Assembly (NCBI GenBank): GCA_050952385.1
Contig: JBMNKV010000001.1
Span: forward strand, 1,378,877 to 1,442,876
Source of the DNA: Desulfobulbus sp.
GTDB taxonomy: Bacteria > Desulfobacterota > Desulfobulbia > Desulfobulbales > Desulfobulbaceae
Reading direction: 5' to 3'
Length of the DNA stretch: 64,000 nucleotides
Part shown: in pieces, positions 29,807-40,092 of the stretch
Position numbering within the stretch: the first letter of the stretch is position 1
How the letters are laid out: each line of letters starts with the position of its first letter
Translations under genes and position numbers: made by a program
The notes under the pieces: model-generated
Databases searched by the model: none
What the model was told of the DNA's origin: nothing
Seen by the model: the letters and a program-made list of their open reading frames with translations, nothing else

Positions 29807-30807
29807 CGGTCGGACTTTTTGGTAACCGCCGGCTTGAGGATCTCCAGCAGCGTGGCGAGCGCCTCGTCCATCCCCTGGCCCTTGACCCGGTAGCCGCTGG
29901 CATTGCGATGACCGCCACCGCCGAACTGCCGGGCAATGACCGAAACATCGCAGGCCCCCTTGGCCCGCAGGCTCACGGAAATATGCTGCGGCGCGATCTC
30001 TTTCAGGAAGACGGCGACCCGCACCGAGGTCACGGCCCGGGGCAGATCAACGCAGTGCTCGGTATCCTCCATGGTGGTGAAGGTGCGTTCCAGCATTTTC
30101 TGGGTCACCCGAATCACGGCGATCCGGTCGCGGGCATGCATCTCCAGCGTGGCAAGTATCTCCTGCATCAGACGCAGGCGGCCCAGGGTGTAGTTATCGT
30201 ACATCAGGCTGGCGATTCGCTCCGGCCGGACCCCCTTGTCGACCAGATCGCCGGCAACGGCAAAGGTATGGGGGCTGGTGGACTCGTAGCGGAACGACCC
30301 GGTATCGGTCATGATCGCGGTGTACAGACATTCGGCGGCCCGAACCGAGATCTCGGCGCCCAGCATACCGGCAAGGTCGTAAATCATCTCGCCGGTGGAG
30401 GAACGATGCGGCTCGATCCAGGAGGCCTCGCCAAAACCGCTGTTGCCGCGATGGTGGTCGATCACCACCATGGGATGAAAAGAACTCAAGGTATCGCTGG
30501 TGCGGCCCAGGCGTCTGGGCTCGCCGCAATCGAGGCAGATCATGAGAAAATCGTCGCCAGCCCCGGTGACGAACTCCAGCACCCGGTCGATATCGGTCTG
30601 CACCCGGCTGCATCCGGGAAGGAACCGGTACATCGGCGACACAGGTTCTTCCAGATAACACAGTACCTGCTTGCCCATGCCTTCCAGGATATCGGCCAGT
30701 CCCAGTTGTGATCCCAGGGCATCGCCGTCGGGATTGAAGTGGGTGACCAGCAGAATATGGCCCTTGGCCTGGATCTGTCCACAGATCGCCTGCTCAGGGG
30801 AGCTCAT
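29803..30807 (-). CDS. nrnA: DHH-family phosphoesterase (NrnA-like oligoribonuclease/pAp phosphatase)
   Basis: DHH-family motifs HFNPDGDALGS and VIDHH, and the DHHA1 motif GGGH. Start chosen at MSSPEQ; the ORF track start is 30843. Confidence 0.8.
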   Translation of the reverse strand: MSSPEQAICGQIQAKGHILLVTHFNPDGDALGSQLGLADILEGMGKQVLCYLEEPVSPMYRFLPGCSRVQTDIDRVLEFVTGAGDDFLMICLDCGEPRRLGRTSDTLSSFHPMVVIDHHRGNSGFGEASWIEPHRSSTGEMIYDLAGMLGAEISVRAAECLYTAIMTDTGSFRYESTSPHTFAVAGDLVDKGVRPERIASLMYDNYTLGRLRLMQEILATLEMHARDRIAVIRVTQKMLERTFTTMEDTEHCVDLPRAVTSVRVAVFLKEIAPQHISVSLRAKGACDVSVIARQFGGGGHRNASGYRVKGQGMDEALATLLEILKPAVTKKSDR

Positions 30808-31189
30808 GCTTGCGATCCTCCTCGATCCGGCGGAACAGCGCATCGATCCGCTCCGCCTCCTCGTTGAGACTGTCGAAATAGAAGAGCAAGTCCGGCGTGT
30901 ACCGAAGGTTCAGCGTCTTGGCGAGATGGCTGCGAAAAAATCCCTTGGCCCGGCGCATGCCTGCCAGGGCGGGGGCATGGTCCTGACCGGCGGGCACCGT
31001 AAAAAAGACCTTGGCCAGCTTGAGGTCGGCGGTCACCGTCACCTGGGAAATCACCACCCCGGCAAGGCGCGGGTCTCCGGCTGTATAACGCAACTGCAAG
31101 GTCAACTCATGGCGGACAGCTTCCGCCACCCGTTTGGGTCGGCTGCTTGCCGGCCGTCCCAGACCGGGCAGGGTAAAATCAAAATCCAT
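30794..31189 (-). CDS. rbfA: Ribosome-binding factor A
   Basis: RVAEAVRHELT...ISQVTVTADLKLAKVFF pattern. Positioned after infB. Confidence 0.9.
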   Translation of the reverse strand: MDFDFTLPGLGRPASSRPKRVAEAVRHELTLQLRYTAGDPRLAGVVISQVTVTADLKLAKVFFTVPAGQDHAPALAGMRRAKGFFRSHLAKTLNLRYTPDLLFYFDSLNEEAERIDALFRRIEEDRKHELP

Positions 31190-31212
31190 AGGCGATCCCC
31201 CTGGACTGCGGG

Positions 31213-34059
31213 TTACAGGGTGGCCTCGACCTCATCGAGGACAAATGCCTCCAGGTTGTCTCCAATCTTGATATCATTGAAGTGCTCAACACTAATACCG
31301 CACTCAAACCCGGTCAAGACTTCCTTGACATCGTCCTTGAACCGGCGGAGCGAGCCGATCTTGCCGGTATAGGTGACCACGCCGTCGCGCAGAACCCGCA
31401 CCCTCGCGTTCCGCTCGATCTTGCCGTCGATGACCGCGCAACCGGCAACCGTCCCCACCCTGGGCACCTGGAAGGTGTCGCGAACCTCGGCCGTGCCGAT
31501 GACCCGTTCCTCGAAGGTCGGCTCCAGCAAGCCCTTCATGGCCTTTTCGATGTCTTCCAGGGCATGGTAGATGACGTCGTAGGAGCGAACCTCGACGCCC
31601 TCATGCTCGGCCAACTCCTTGACCTTGACCGTGGGGCGCACATTGAAGCCGAGGATGACCGCATCCGAGGCGGCCGCGAGATGGATGTCGCTTTCGGTGA
31701 TCGAGCCGGTGCCCTCGTGCAACGAGCGCACCCGGATGACATCGGTGGACAGGTTCTCCGCGGCCTGACCAAAGGCCTGCAAGGTGCCCTGCACGTCGGC
31801 GCGCAGGATGACCCGCAGCTCCTTGACTTCCTGATCGGCAATCTTCTCGAACAGGTTGTCCAAAGAAACCTTGGAGACGGCGGCGAGTTCGGTTTCCCGG
31901 GCCTTGAGCTGCCGGGCGCTGGCCAAGGACTTGGCCATCTTTTCGTCGGGCAGGACGATGAATTCGTCGCCGGCCTGGGGCACCCCGGACAGGCCCTGAA
32001 TCTCCACCGGAATGGACGGCCCGGCCTCCTCGACCTGCTCGCCGCGCTCGTTGGTCAGCATCCGCACCTTGCCGCTGTACATACCGGCGACAAAATGATC
32101 GCCGGAGCGCAGGGTGCCCTCCTGAACCAGCACCGTGGCCAGGGCGCCGCGGCCCTTGTGGAGCTGGGCTTCGATAACCGTTCCCTTGGCCTTTCGGCTC
32201 GGGTCGGCGCGCAACTCGAGGATCTCCGCCTGCAACTGCACCGACTCAAGCAGTTCGGCAATGCCGATGCCTTTCTTCGCCGAGGTTTCGCAAAAGATGG
32301 TCTGCCCGCCCCAGGCCTCGGGGATGAGCCCGAAGTCGCTGAGTTCGCGCTTGACCCGCTCCGGATCGGCGCCGTCCTTGTCTATTTTATTGACCGCCAC
32401 CACGATGGGTACGTCAGCGGCCTTGGAGTGCGCGATTGCCTCCTTGGTCTGGTCCATGACCCCGTCGTCGGCAGCCACCACCAACACCACGATATCGGTC
32501 ACCTTGGCGCCCCGGGAACGCATCTCGGTAAAGGCGGCATGACCGGGGGTATCGACAAAGGTCAGATCGCCGGAGGGGGCCTGAACGTGGTAGGCGCCGA
32601 TATGCTGGGTGATGCCGCCCGCCTCGCCCGCAGCCACGTCGGTTTTCCGGATCGCGTCGAGAATCGAGGTTTTCCCATGATCGACATGGCCCATGACCGT
32701 GACCACCGGCGGCCGGGGCAGGGCCTCGCCGCCCTGTTCCGTCTCCTGCACATCCAGGGCTTCGACCTCAAGCTCTTCGGTCATGGCCTGCTCGACCTCA
32801 TAGCCGAAGTCGGAGGCGACCAGGGTTGCGGTATCAACATCCAGGGCCTGGTTCAGGGTCGCCATAACTCCCAGCCGCATCAGCATCGCGATAACCTCGC
32901 TGGCCTTGACGCCCATGCGTTTGGCCAGATCGCCCACCGTGATCGTGGCCACGACCTTGATTCGTTTCTTGATGGCCCTGGTCTCTGGAACATTGACCTG
33001 CGCTGCCTGTTCCCGCCGGGCATCCTTCTTGCGCCGACCCCTGCGCGGACGAAAGACGTCATCGATCTCGCCATCGCCTGACAGTTCGACCCGGGAGGTT
33101 GTCCGTCCCTTCTTCACGCCCTTGGCGCTCTTCTTGACCAGCTCCTCCTCTTCCGGCGCCCCGACTCCGGAGCGCTTGCCCCGCTTCCGCCCCTTGGCAC
33201 CCACCGCCCGGCCGACATCAGCGCCTGCATCCTCTCCGGGAGAAGCGGCGGCAGCAACAGCAGGACGCTCCGGACGGGCCGTCGCCCGAGAGGCACCCGC
33301 CGGTTTGCCTTTCTTTTCCGGCACGGGAATCACCACACGGCCAACGATCCTGGCCAGAGGTTTGGCCTTGTACACCGGCGCACTCTCCTCTCCGTCCGCT
33401 TTCTCCTCCGCCTCCGCGTCCAGTTCCTCGGTTTCGTCCTCCTCCAGCGCCTCCTCCCCGATTGCCGCATCCTCGTCCGCAGGGCCCTGGGCAACAGCCT
33501 CGTCCGGAACCTCTTCCTCTTCCACCGGCCTTACCTCCGCAGCCGGGCTCTCTCCGGCATCTTCGGACACGTCTCCGACCGCCTCCGGCTCGGCGACAGG
33601 TTCGCTCTCCGCAGCCAAGACCTCCGGCTCGGCGGCAACGGCAACTGTCTCTTCCCTCTCTTCCCGATCCTCCGGGACCGCCTCCGTCCCCTCTTCTTCC
33701 GCATCCTGCCGGCGCAGCCGCTCTTCAAGCGCGGCCACCTCCGCCTGCAGGGCCCGGGCCTCTTCCTCTTCCTGCTTGCGGATGGCCTTTTCCTTGTCGG
33801 CCTTGGTTCTGCGCCGAATCACGGGTTTCGCCTCGTCCTCCGCTTCCGGACGCGACACCTTGAGCTCGATCCGTCCCCCGCCCACGACGGCCCCAGCCTG
33901 TCCCTGCAACTTCTTCCGGATATCTGCTGCCATATCTTTGTCAACACTCGAACTGTGATTCACAATGGGATAGCCCATCTTGATCAGGGTCTCCGCCAGT
34001 TCCTTACTGCTTTTCCAGCCCAATTCTTTTGCGAGATTATACACACGAACCTTACTCAT
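31213..34059 (-). CDS. infB: Translation initiation factor IF-2
   Basis: [14 protein letters not shown] start, a low-complexity Glu/Ala region, and the G domain [23 protein letters not shown]. Confidence 0.95.
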   Translation of the reverse strand: MSKVRVYNLAKELGWKSSKELAETLIKMGYPIVNHSSSVDKDMAADIRKKLQGQAGAVVGGGRIELKVSRPEAEDEAKPVIRRRTKADKEKAIRKQEEEEARALQAEVAALEERLRRQDAEEEGTEAVPEDREEREETVAVAAEPEVLAAESEPVAEPEAVGDVSEDAGESPAAEVRPVEEEEVPDEAVAQGPADEDAAIGEEALEEDETEELDAEAEEKADGEESAPVYKAKPLARIVGRVVIPVPEKKGKPAGASRATARPERPAVAAAASPGEDAGADVGRAVGAKGRKRGKRSGVGAPEEEELVKKSAKGVKKGRTTSRVELSGDGEIDDVFRPRRGRRKKDARREQAAQVNVPETRAIKKRIKVVATITVGDLAKRMGVKASEVIAMLMRLGVMATLNQALDVDTATLVASDFGYEVEQAMTEELEVEALDVQETEQGGEALPRPPVVTVMGHVDHGKTSILDAIRKTDVAAGEAGGITQHIGAYHVQAPSGDLTFVDTPGHAAFTEMRSRGAKVTDIVVLVVAADDGVMDQTKEAIAHSKAADVPIVVAVNKIDKDGADPERVKRELSDFGLIPEAWGGQTIFCETSAKKGIGIAELLESVQLQAEILELRADPSRKAKGTVIEAQLHKGRGALATVLVQEGTLRSGDHFVAGMYSGKVRMLTNERGEQVEEAGPSIPVEIQGLSGVPQAGDEFIVLPDEKMAKSLASARQLKARETELAAVSKVSLDNLFEKIADQEVKELRVILRADVQGTLQAFGQAAENLSTDVIRVRSLHEGTGSITESDIHLAAASDAVILGFNVRPTVKVKELAEHEGVEVRSYDVIYHALEDIEKAMKGLLEPTFEERVIGTAEVRDTFQVPRVGTVAGCAVIDGKIERNARVRVLRDGVVTYTGKIGSLRRFKDDVKEVLTGFECGISVEHFNDIKIGDNLEAFVLDEVEATL

Positions 34060-34097
34060 TCACCTCTCCCTTCCTCTGCTCCTGCCCCAATGCAGGT

Positions 34098-34316
34098 TCA
34101 CGCAGGTTTCGTCCGCCGCTTCCGGATCTTCTTGCTCTTCATCAACCGCTGACGGCAGCCGTCGTCCTTGCAGCAGTATATCCCCCGACCAGGCGCATCC
34201 CCTCGCGCGTCTTCGGTCAACCGGTCGTCGACCAGCACCAGACGCTTCAGTTCAGACCGGGCCGCCTTCCTCCCGCATCCCCGGCAGGTGCGGATCGCCA
34301 CATGCCCCCGTCGCAT
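34098..34316 (-). CDS. ylxR: YlxR/RnpM (DUF448) family RNA-binding protein
   Basis: RTCRGCGRK...GRGIYCC pattern. The start codon shares one nt with the nusA stop (TGATG). Confidence 0.85.
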   Translation of the reverse strand: MRRGHVAIRTCRGCGRKAARSELKRLVLVDDRLTEDARGDAPGRGIYCCKDDGCRQRLMKSKKIRKRRTKPA

Positions 34317-35647
34317 CAGCCCTGGTCGGTCGTCCCCTCTTCCGCCGCATCCGGAACCGGGACGATTTCCCTCTCTTCAGTCTCTTCAATCACCGGTTTT
34401 TCCTCGTGGAGCTCCCGCAGGATCGCCTCGGCCTGATCCGGGGCGATGCGCGCCATCTCGGCCAGTTGTTCGACGCTCAGCTCGCTCACCAGTTCCGGCG
34501 TCGTGCAACCGGCGACAAACAGACGATCGGCGATGTTTTCGTCCATGCCTTCCAGAACCAGCAGGGCACGATAGCCCTGATCGTTCAGATTGTCGTAGCG
34601 TTGCTGGCTCTTGACATCGATCTTCCAGCCCAGCAGGCGCGAGGCCAGACGGACATTCTGACCCTGGCGGCCGATGGCCAGCGACAGCTGGTCGTCGGGC
34701 ACGACCACCAAGAGTGATTTTCGCTCGTCGTTCACCACCACCATGCTGGCCTCTGCCGGGGCCAGGGCATTGCAGACGTACTTGGCAGGATCCGGACTCC
34801 AGGGCACGATATCGATCCGTTCGCCTTGCAGCTCCTGCACCACGTTTTGCACCCGCGACCCCTTGAGGCCGACGCAGGCGCCCACCGGATCGACGTCCGA
34901 CTCGGTGGATGAGACCGCGATCTTGGCCCGAAAACCGGGCTCCCGGCTGGCGCCCATGATCTTGACGATGCCCTCGGCGATCTCGGGCACCTCCATCTCG
35001 AACAGCTTGATCAGAAATTCGTTGCAGGTCCGGCTGAGAATCAGCTGGGCATCGCGGTGCCGACCCTCGCGGGATTCGCGCCGCACCTCCTGGAGATAGG
35101 CGCGGATCCGGTCGCCTTGCTTAAACGAGCGCTTTGGAATCTGAGCGTCCCGCGGCAGCAGGGCATCGGTTCGCCCCAGGTTGACAATCATATCACCCCG
35201 CTCGAATCGCTGCACGATACCATTGACGATGCTTCCCTCCCGGTCGCGGAACATCTCGTAGATCACCTCGCGTTCGGCATCGCGCATCCGGTGGATGATC
35301 ACCTGCTTGGCCGACTGGGCGGCGATCCGGCCCAGATCGCTGATGGTGTCCAGCTTTTTTCCCAGATCATCGTCCAGTTCAGCCTCGGGGTGGAGCCGGC
35401 GGGCATCCTCCAGGGATATCTCGGTCTCCTCGTCCAGCACCTCGTCCACCACGGTCCGGTACTCGAACACATCAACCTCGCCCGTTTCCTCGTTGAACTG
35501 CACCTCTATCTCCCGGCGGGCGCCGTAGCGCTTGCGTACTGCCGAACGCACCGCTTCCTCAATGGCATCGATCAGCAGATCGCGCTCGATCCCCTTGTCC
35601 CGGCAGATTTGGTCAACAATTCGTTTGAGACTTTCCGTTCCCACCAT
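34316..35647 (-). CDS. nusA: Transcription termination/antitermination factor NusA
   Basis: N-terminal [23 protein letters not shown], an S1 domain, two KH domains ([12 protein letters not shown]), and a C-terminal HhH-like region. Confidence 0.95.
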   Translation of the reverse strand: MVGTESLKRIVDQICRDKGIERDLLIDAIEEAVRSAVRKRYGARREIEVQFNEETGEVDVFEYRTVVDEVLDEETEISLEDARRLHPEAELDDDLGKKLDTISDLGRIAAQSAKQVIIHRMRDAEREVIYEMFRDREGSIVNGIVQRFERGDMIVNLGRTDALLPRDAQIPKRSFKQGDRIRAYLQEVRRESREGRHRDAQLILSRTCNEFLIKLFEMEVPEIAEGIVKIMGASREPGFRAKIAVSSTESDVDPVGACVGLKGSRVQNVVQELQGERIDIVPWSPDPAKYVCNALAPAEASMVVVNDERKSLLVVVPDDQLSLAIGRQGQNVRLASRLLGWKIDVKSQQRYDNLNDQGYRALLVLEGMDENIADRLFVAGCTTPELVSELSVEQLAEMARIAPDQAEAILRELHEEKPVIEETEEREIVPVPDAAEEGTTDQG

Positions 35648-35704
35648 GATGCACTCCCGCTCTGACTCCCTCTATCCTGTTCTCATCCGTCGACAACGTC
35701 CGGG

Positions 35705-36196
35705 CTACAGCGTCAACCGCGCTCTCGAAATCATTTCCCGTTCAATGCGGACCACTTGCCCGTCCACCTCCACCAACACCGCCCCGCCATCCAGTCCCCG
35801 CAGCACACCGATCACCACCTTGGTGCCCGCCAGCGGCTCCCGCAGCTTGAAGCGCGCGAGCCGGCCGGCGAACCGTTCGTAATCACCCGCCTTTTTCAAC
35901 GGGCGCTCCAGGCCCGGCGAGGAAACCTCCAGGTGGTAGGCATGTTCGATCAGATCCTCGACATCCAGGTACGCACCCACCTCGCGGCTGACGGTAGCGC
36001 AGTCGTCGATCGTGACCCCGCCCTCCTTGTCGATAAAGAGCCGCAGCACCCACCCCTGCCCTTCACGCCGGAACTGGAGTTCGACCAGTTCCATACCCAG
36101 ATCCGTCAACAGGGGGTCGACAAAGTCCTGGAGAATCGCCAAGGTCCGCTCTGCGGAACCGGGCCCGCGGCGGGCTTCTTCTCTTTCCGCCTGCAT
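35705..36196 (-). CDS. rimP: Ribosome maturation factor RimP
   Basis: LGMELVELQFRREGQGWVLRLFIDKEGGVTIDDC...LEVSSPGLERPL. The ATG at 36196 has AGGAGG upstream. The ORF track start at 36226 is a TTG. Confidence 0.85.
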   Translation of the reverse strand: MQAEREEARRGPGSAERTLAILQDFVDPLLTDLGMELVELQFRREGQGWVLRLFIDKEGGVTIDDCATVSREVGAYLDVEDLIEHAYHLEVSSPGLERPLKKAGDYERFAGRLARFKLREPLAGTKVVIGVLRGLDGGAVLVEVDGQVVRIEREMISRARLTL

Positions 36197-36253
36197 GCGC
36201 ACAGCTCCTCCTCGTGTAGGGTTCAATGAAGATCAGGCCCGGAAAAAGGCAAT

Positions 36254-36275
36254 AAAAAAAGCGGGCAGAGCCCAC
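36254..36275 (-). terminator. Weak intrinsic terminator between tRNA-Gly and rimP
   Basis: The minus strand reads gtgggc-tct-gcccgc followed by T7. Confidence 0.45.
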
Positions 36276-36319
36276 TTTCACACCCAACCAACAACCGTTC
36301 CAACCAGCGAGACCAACTG

Positions 36320-36395
36320 TGGAGCGGGCAACGGGGTTCGAACCCGCGACCCCAAGCTTGGGAAGCTTGTGCTCTGCCAACTGAGCTACACCCGC
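36320..36395 (-). tRNA. tRNA-Gly (anticodon CCC)
   Basis: The reverse complement folds as a cloverleaf: GCGGGTG/TA/GCTC..GAGC/CAAGC-TTCCCAA-GCTTG/GGGTC/GCGGG-TTCGAAC-CCCGT/TGCCCGC-T-CCA. CCA is encoded, with U73 as discriminator. Confidence 0.9.
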
Positions 36396-36420
36396 TCTTT
36401 CGATCCCTAGGAAGTTCACC

Positions 36421-36449
36421 AACATAGAGTATCGGATTCGCCTTGTCAA
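36421..36449 (-). promoter_or_regulatory. Candidate sigma70 promoter for tRNA-Gly / the rimP-nusA-infB operon
   Basis: The minus strand reads TTGACA - 17 nt - TATGTT, about 25 nt upstream of the tRNA 5' end. Confidence 0.5.
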
Positions 36450-36545
36450 GCACAAGAAAACCGCAACCCCACTTTTCCGGCCTGGAAACCGCCGCAATCC
36501 GGATAAGGCGTGCAGGGCCGCCAAAGACTGGGTATAGTCGGGCGC

Positions 36546-39224
36546 ATGGATCTCATCGTCACCCGGGCGGGCGCGGATTTCGACGGCCTGGCCTCCATGA
36601 TTGCCGCCAAAAAATTGTATCCCGAGGCCGAACTGGTCCTCAACGGGGAACCGCAACCTGGAGTCCGTACCTATCTGGCCCAGGAATTCCGCCACATCTA
36701 CGGGATCAAGCAGCCCCATCACATCATCCCGTCCCGTGTTCGGCGGCTCATCCTGGTCGACACCCGTCAGGCCGAACACCTCGGCGTTCTCGCCGCCTGT
36801 CTGCGGAATCCGAACATCGAGCTGCACATCTACGACCACCACCGCTTCACCTCCGGCGGTCTGCGCGGCAACCTGGAAGAAATCCACTCGACCGGGTCGA
36901 CCACCGCCATGCTCGCCGACATCCTCCGTAAACGCGGCATCATCCCCGACCCCGACGAGGCCTCGCTGATGATGCTGGGCATCTACGAGGGCACGGGCGG
37001 TTTCCTCCACGCCTCCACCAGTCCCGACGACCTGCTTGCCGCGGCCTGGCTCCTGCAACGGGGCGCCAGTCTGGACGTGGCTGCCCAGTTTGCCTCGCGC
37101 AACCTGACCAGCGAACAGCTGGATCTGCTCACCCTCCTCCAGCGCGAGGCGCGCTCCTATGTCATTCACGACGTGGCCGTGGTGATCAGCGCCCTGACTG
37201 ATCCGAACTATATGCACGACTTCTCGCTGATCGCGCAGCAACTGATGGTCACGGATAATATCGACGCGCTCTTCGCCCTGATCTGCTTGGGCGAGCGCAT
37301 CTCCCTTATCGCTCGCAGCCGCATCCCGGAAGTCAACGCGGGGGTCGTTGCCCGGGAGCTGGGCGGCGGCGGGCATGCTTCGGCCGCCTCGGCCACGATC
37401 TACGACCTGACCATCGCCGAGGCCGAAGAGGAGCTGGTCAACCTGCTCCACCGGCACGTCCGCCCCAAGACCACCGCCGCCGGGCTGATGAGTTCGCCCG
37501 TGATCGCGGTGACAGGCAACGTGCAGATCAGGGAAGCCAACCAGCTGATGACCCGGTACAACATCACGGTGCTGCCGGTCGCAAAAACGATCAGCACCGT
37601 CGACGGCGCTTCGCAACCGGAAGAACTCCTGGGCATGCTCTCGCGCACCGTGGCGGAGAAGGCGATCTTTCATCAGTTGGGACACCTGCCGGTCGCCGAA
37701 TACATGACCACCGAAATCGCCACCCTGCCGGAAAGCGCCACCCTGGCCGATATCCAGCGGCTGATCGTGGAGCGACGACAACGTCTGATCCCCATTGTTC
37801 GGGGCAAGGCCATCGTCGGGGTGCTCACCCGCACCGACCTGCTGAGGCTGCTGAGCAAGGATCCGGGGCATCTCTCGCTCGACCTGCTCGGCGGCGACGA
37901 GCTTCCTTCCACCGAACAGACGCGCAATCTGGCTGGACAGATCGCCAAGGTACTGCCCCGGAAGAGCACCATCCTCCTGCGCGAGATCGGCGAGACGGCC
38001 GCGGACTTAGGCTGCAACGCCTATGTTGCCGGCGGCTTTGTCCGCGACCTGCTGCTTCAGATTGCCAACAACGATATCGACATCGTGATCGAGGGCGACG
38101 GCATCGCCTTTGCCGAGGCCCTGGCCAAGAGCCACCGGGGCATCGTGCATCCGCACGAAAAATTCGGCACAGCCACGGTCAGTTTCCCCGACCAGACCAA
38201 GGTCGACGTGGCCACCGCCCGGCTCGAATTTTACGACCGCCCGGCTGCCCTGCCCGAGGTGGAACACAGCTCGATCAAACTGGACCTCTATCGGCGCGAC
38301 TTCACGATCAATGCCATGGCAGTCCACCTCAACCCGGATAAATTCGGCGAGCTGGTGGACTATTTCGGCGGCCAGAACGATCTGCTGGACCGGCGCATCC
38401 ACGTGCTGCACAACCTGAGTCTGGTGGAAGATCCGACCCGGATCTTCCGGGCAATCCGCTTCGAGGCCCGACTCGATTTCGTCATCAGCAGCCATACCGC
38501 CAAGCTGATCCGCAACGCCGTGCGCATACAGCTGCTCGACCGGGTGGACGCTGTCCGCTGTTTCCGCGAACTCAAGCTGATCCTTTCCGAGGACAATCCC
38601 CTGCCCGCCCTGCGCCGCATGGCCGCCTTCGACCTGCTGCCCGTGCTCTGGTCCGGCCTGAAGCAAGACCGTCGCCTTTTCCACACCTTGCAGCAGGCAC
38701 ACAAGGCCATCTCCTGGTTCCGGCAACTGGAGCTGCCGGATAAGCCGGAAACCTGGATGGTCTACCTGCTCGCCCTGATGCATCGGGCCACGGCCGACGA
38801 GTTTCTGAGCTTCTGCGACCGCTTTTCCCTGTCCCCCAGACAGCGCAGGAAACTGCATCGACAGAAAAAAAGCGCCGAAGCAATCGCTGCGACACTCTAT
38901 GCCCGCCCGCCCCAGCGGCCCAGCGAAATCCACCAGCTCCTTCTGCCGCTGGATATCGAGGGCATCCTCTACCTCATGGCCATTGCCCGGCGACGCTCCA
39001 TCCAGCAGGCCGCCGCCCTGTTTGTGACCTCGTTACGCACCACGACCCCGCTGCTGGACGGCGCCGACCTCAAGGCCATGGGCTATACGCCAGGGCCGCA
39101 GTTCAAAACCATCCTCAACCAGCTGCTGCAACGCCGACTCGACGGCGCAGTCACCAATCAGGACGAGGCCCGCGCCTTTGTGCGCGAGCATTTTGCCCCG
39201 CTCTCCCGCGCCCGGCAGTCCTGA
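36546..39224 (+). CDS. Multidomain CCA-adding enzyme/poly(A) polymerase family protein with N-terminal DHH-DHHA1 and CBS-pair domains
   Basis: The N-terminal region is assigned DHH-like mainly on its position upstream of the DHHA1 motif GGGGHASAAS. A CBS pair is present (MSSPVIAVT...; VAEYMTTEIATL...). The nucleotidyltransferase core is YVAGGFVRDLLL..NDIDIVIEG and RDFTINAMA. Confidence 0.85.
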   Translation: MDLIVTRAGADFDGLASMIAAKKLYPEAELVLNGEPQPGVRTYLAQEFRHIYGIKQPHHIIPSRVRRLILVDTRQAEHLGVLAACLRNPNIELHIYDHHRFTSGGLRGNLEEIHSTGSTTAMLADILRKRGIIPDPDEASLMMLGIYEGTGGFLHASTSPDDLLAAAWLLQRGASLDVAAQFASRNLTSEQLDLLTLLQREARSYVIHDVAVVISALTDPNYMHDFSLIAQQLMVTDNIDALFALICLGERISLIARSRIPEVNAGVVARELGGGGHASAASATIYDLTIAEAEEELVNLLHRHVRPKTTAAGLMSSPVIAVTGNVQIREANQLMTRYNITVLPVAKTISTVDGASQPEELLGMLSRTVAEKAIFHQLGHLPVAEYMTTEIATLPESATLADIQRLIVERRQRLIPIVRGKAIVGVLTRTDLLRLLSKDPGHLSLDLLGGDELPSTEQTRNLAGQIAKVLPRKSTILLREIGETAADLGCNAYVAGGFVRDLLLQIANNDIDIVIEGDGIAFAEALAKSHRGIVHPHEKFGTATVSFPDQTKVDVATARLEFYDRPAALPEVEHSSIKLDLYRRDFTINAMAVHLNPDKFGELVDYFGGQNDLLDRRIHVLHNLSLVEDPTRIFRAIRFEARLDFVISSHTAKLIRNAVRIQLLDRVDAVRCFRELKLILSEDNPLPALRRMAAFDLLPVLWSGLKQDRRLFHTLQQAHKAISWFRQLELPDKPETWMVYLLALMHRATADEFLSFCDRFSLSPRQRRKLHRQKKSAEAIAATLYARPPQRPSEIHQLLLPLDIEGILYLMAIARRRSIQQAAALFVTSLRTTTPLLDGADLKAMGYTPGPQFKTILNQLLQRRLDGAVTNQDEARAFVREHFAPLSRARQS

Positions 39225-39339
39225 TCGACACATTCTCCCCAATTGACGCTGACAAATCCGTCATCCGCCTTATAGATATGCTCGTATCCCCCGCCCTGTC
39301 CGGGCGCAGCTCTTCCGCCCTTCTCAAGGAGAACCGGCA

Positions 39340-39966
39340 ATGTCTTTTGATCTCAACACCATCCTGATCAATCTGATTATCCTGGGCCCGCCCCTGCTCT
39401 TCGCGCTGACCGTGCACGAAGTGGCGCACGGGTACGTCGCCTACCGCCTGGGCGACCCCACCGCAAAAAACGCCGGGCGCCTGACCTTGAACCCGCTCAA
39501 GCATCTGGATCCGCTGGGCGTGCTCGCCTTCATCATCATGAAAATCGGCTGGGCCAAGCCCGTGCCCGTCAACCCCTGGAATTTCCGACACCCCCGGCAG
39601 GACATGCTGAAGGTGGCCCTGGCCGGACCCGCGTCCAACGTGGTGCTGGCAGTAGCCAGCGCGGCCCTGGCCCATCTTTTCGTGAACATTCCCGCGCCGA
39701 TTGCCCTCCTTCAGCCGCTGGTGGCCATGCTCGCTGCCAGCGTCTGGATCAATATCGCCCTGGCGGTCTTCAACTGTCTGCCCATCCCCCCGCTGGACGG
39801 CTCAAAGGTACTGATGGGACTGCTCCCGCCCGAAAGCGCACGGCAATTCGCCAAGCTGGAACCCTACGGATTTTTCATCCTGTTGCTGCTGTTTTACCTC
39901 GGCCTCATCAGCAAGGTGATCATGCCGATCATTCAGTTCTCCAACACCCTGCTTCTGGGCCCTTGA
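39340..39966 (+). CDS. Site-2 protease family (peptidase M50) membrane metalloprotease
   Basis: HEVAHG (HExxH) in the first TM region, and a later NCLPIPPLDG motif. Confidence 0.85.
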   Translation: MSFDLNTILINLIILGPPLLFALTVHEVAHGYVAYRLGDPTAKNAGRLTLNPLKHLDPLGVLAFIIMKIGWAKPVPVNPWNFRHPRQDMLKVALAGPASNVVLAVASAALAHLFVNIPAPIALLQPLVAMLAASVWINIALAVFNCLPIPPLDGSKVLMGLLPPESARQFAKLEPYGFFILLLLFYLGLISKVIMPIIQFSNTLLLGP

Positions 39967-40030
39967 GAAAGAGCCCGGCCCGCGGCCGTTCAATACAAGC
40001 AAAAAATCAATGGCAAGATCGTCCGGAGAT

Positions 40031-40068
40031 AAAAAAAGGGCCTGCCATATGCCTGGCAGGCCCTTTTT
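40031..40068. terminator. Strong bidirectional rho-independent terminator between convergent genes
   Basis: A7, then agggcctgcca-tatgcc-tggcaggccct (11-bp stem), then T5. Confidence 0.8.
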
Positions 40069-40092
40069 GCGCGCACGCAGAACTGCGGAACT

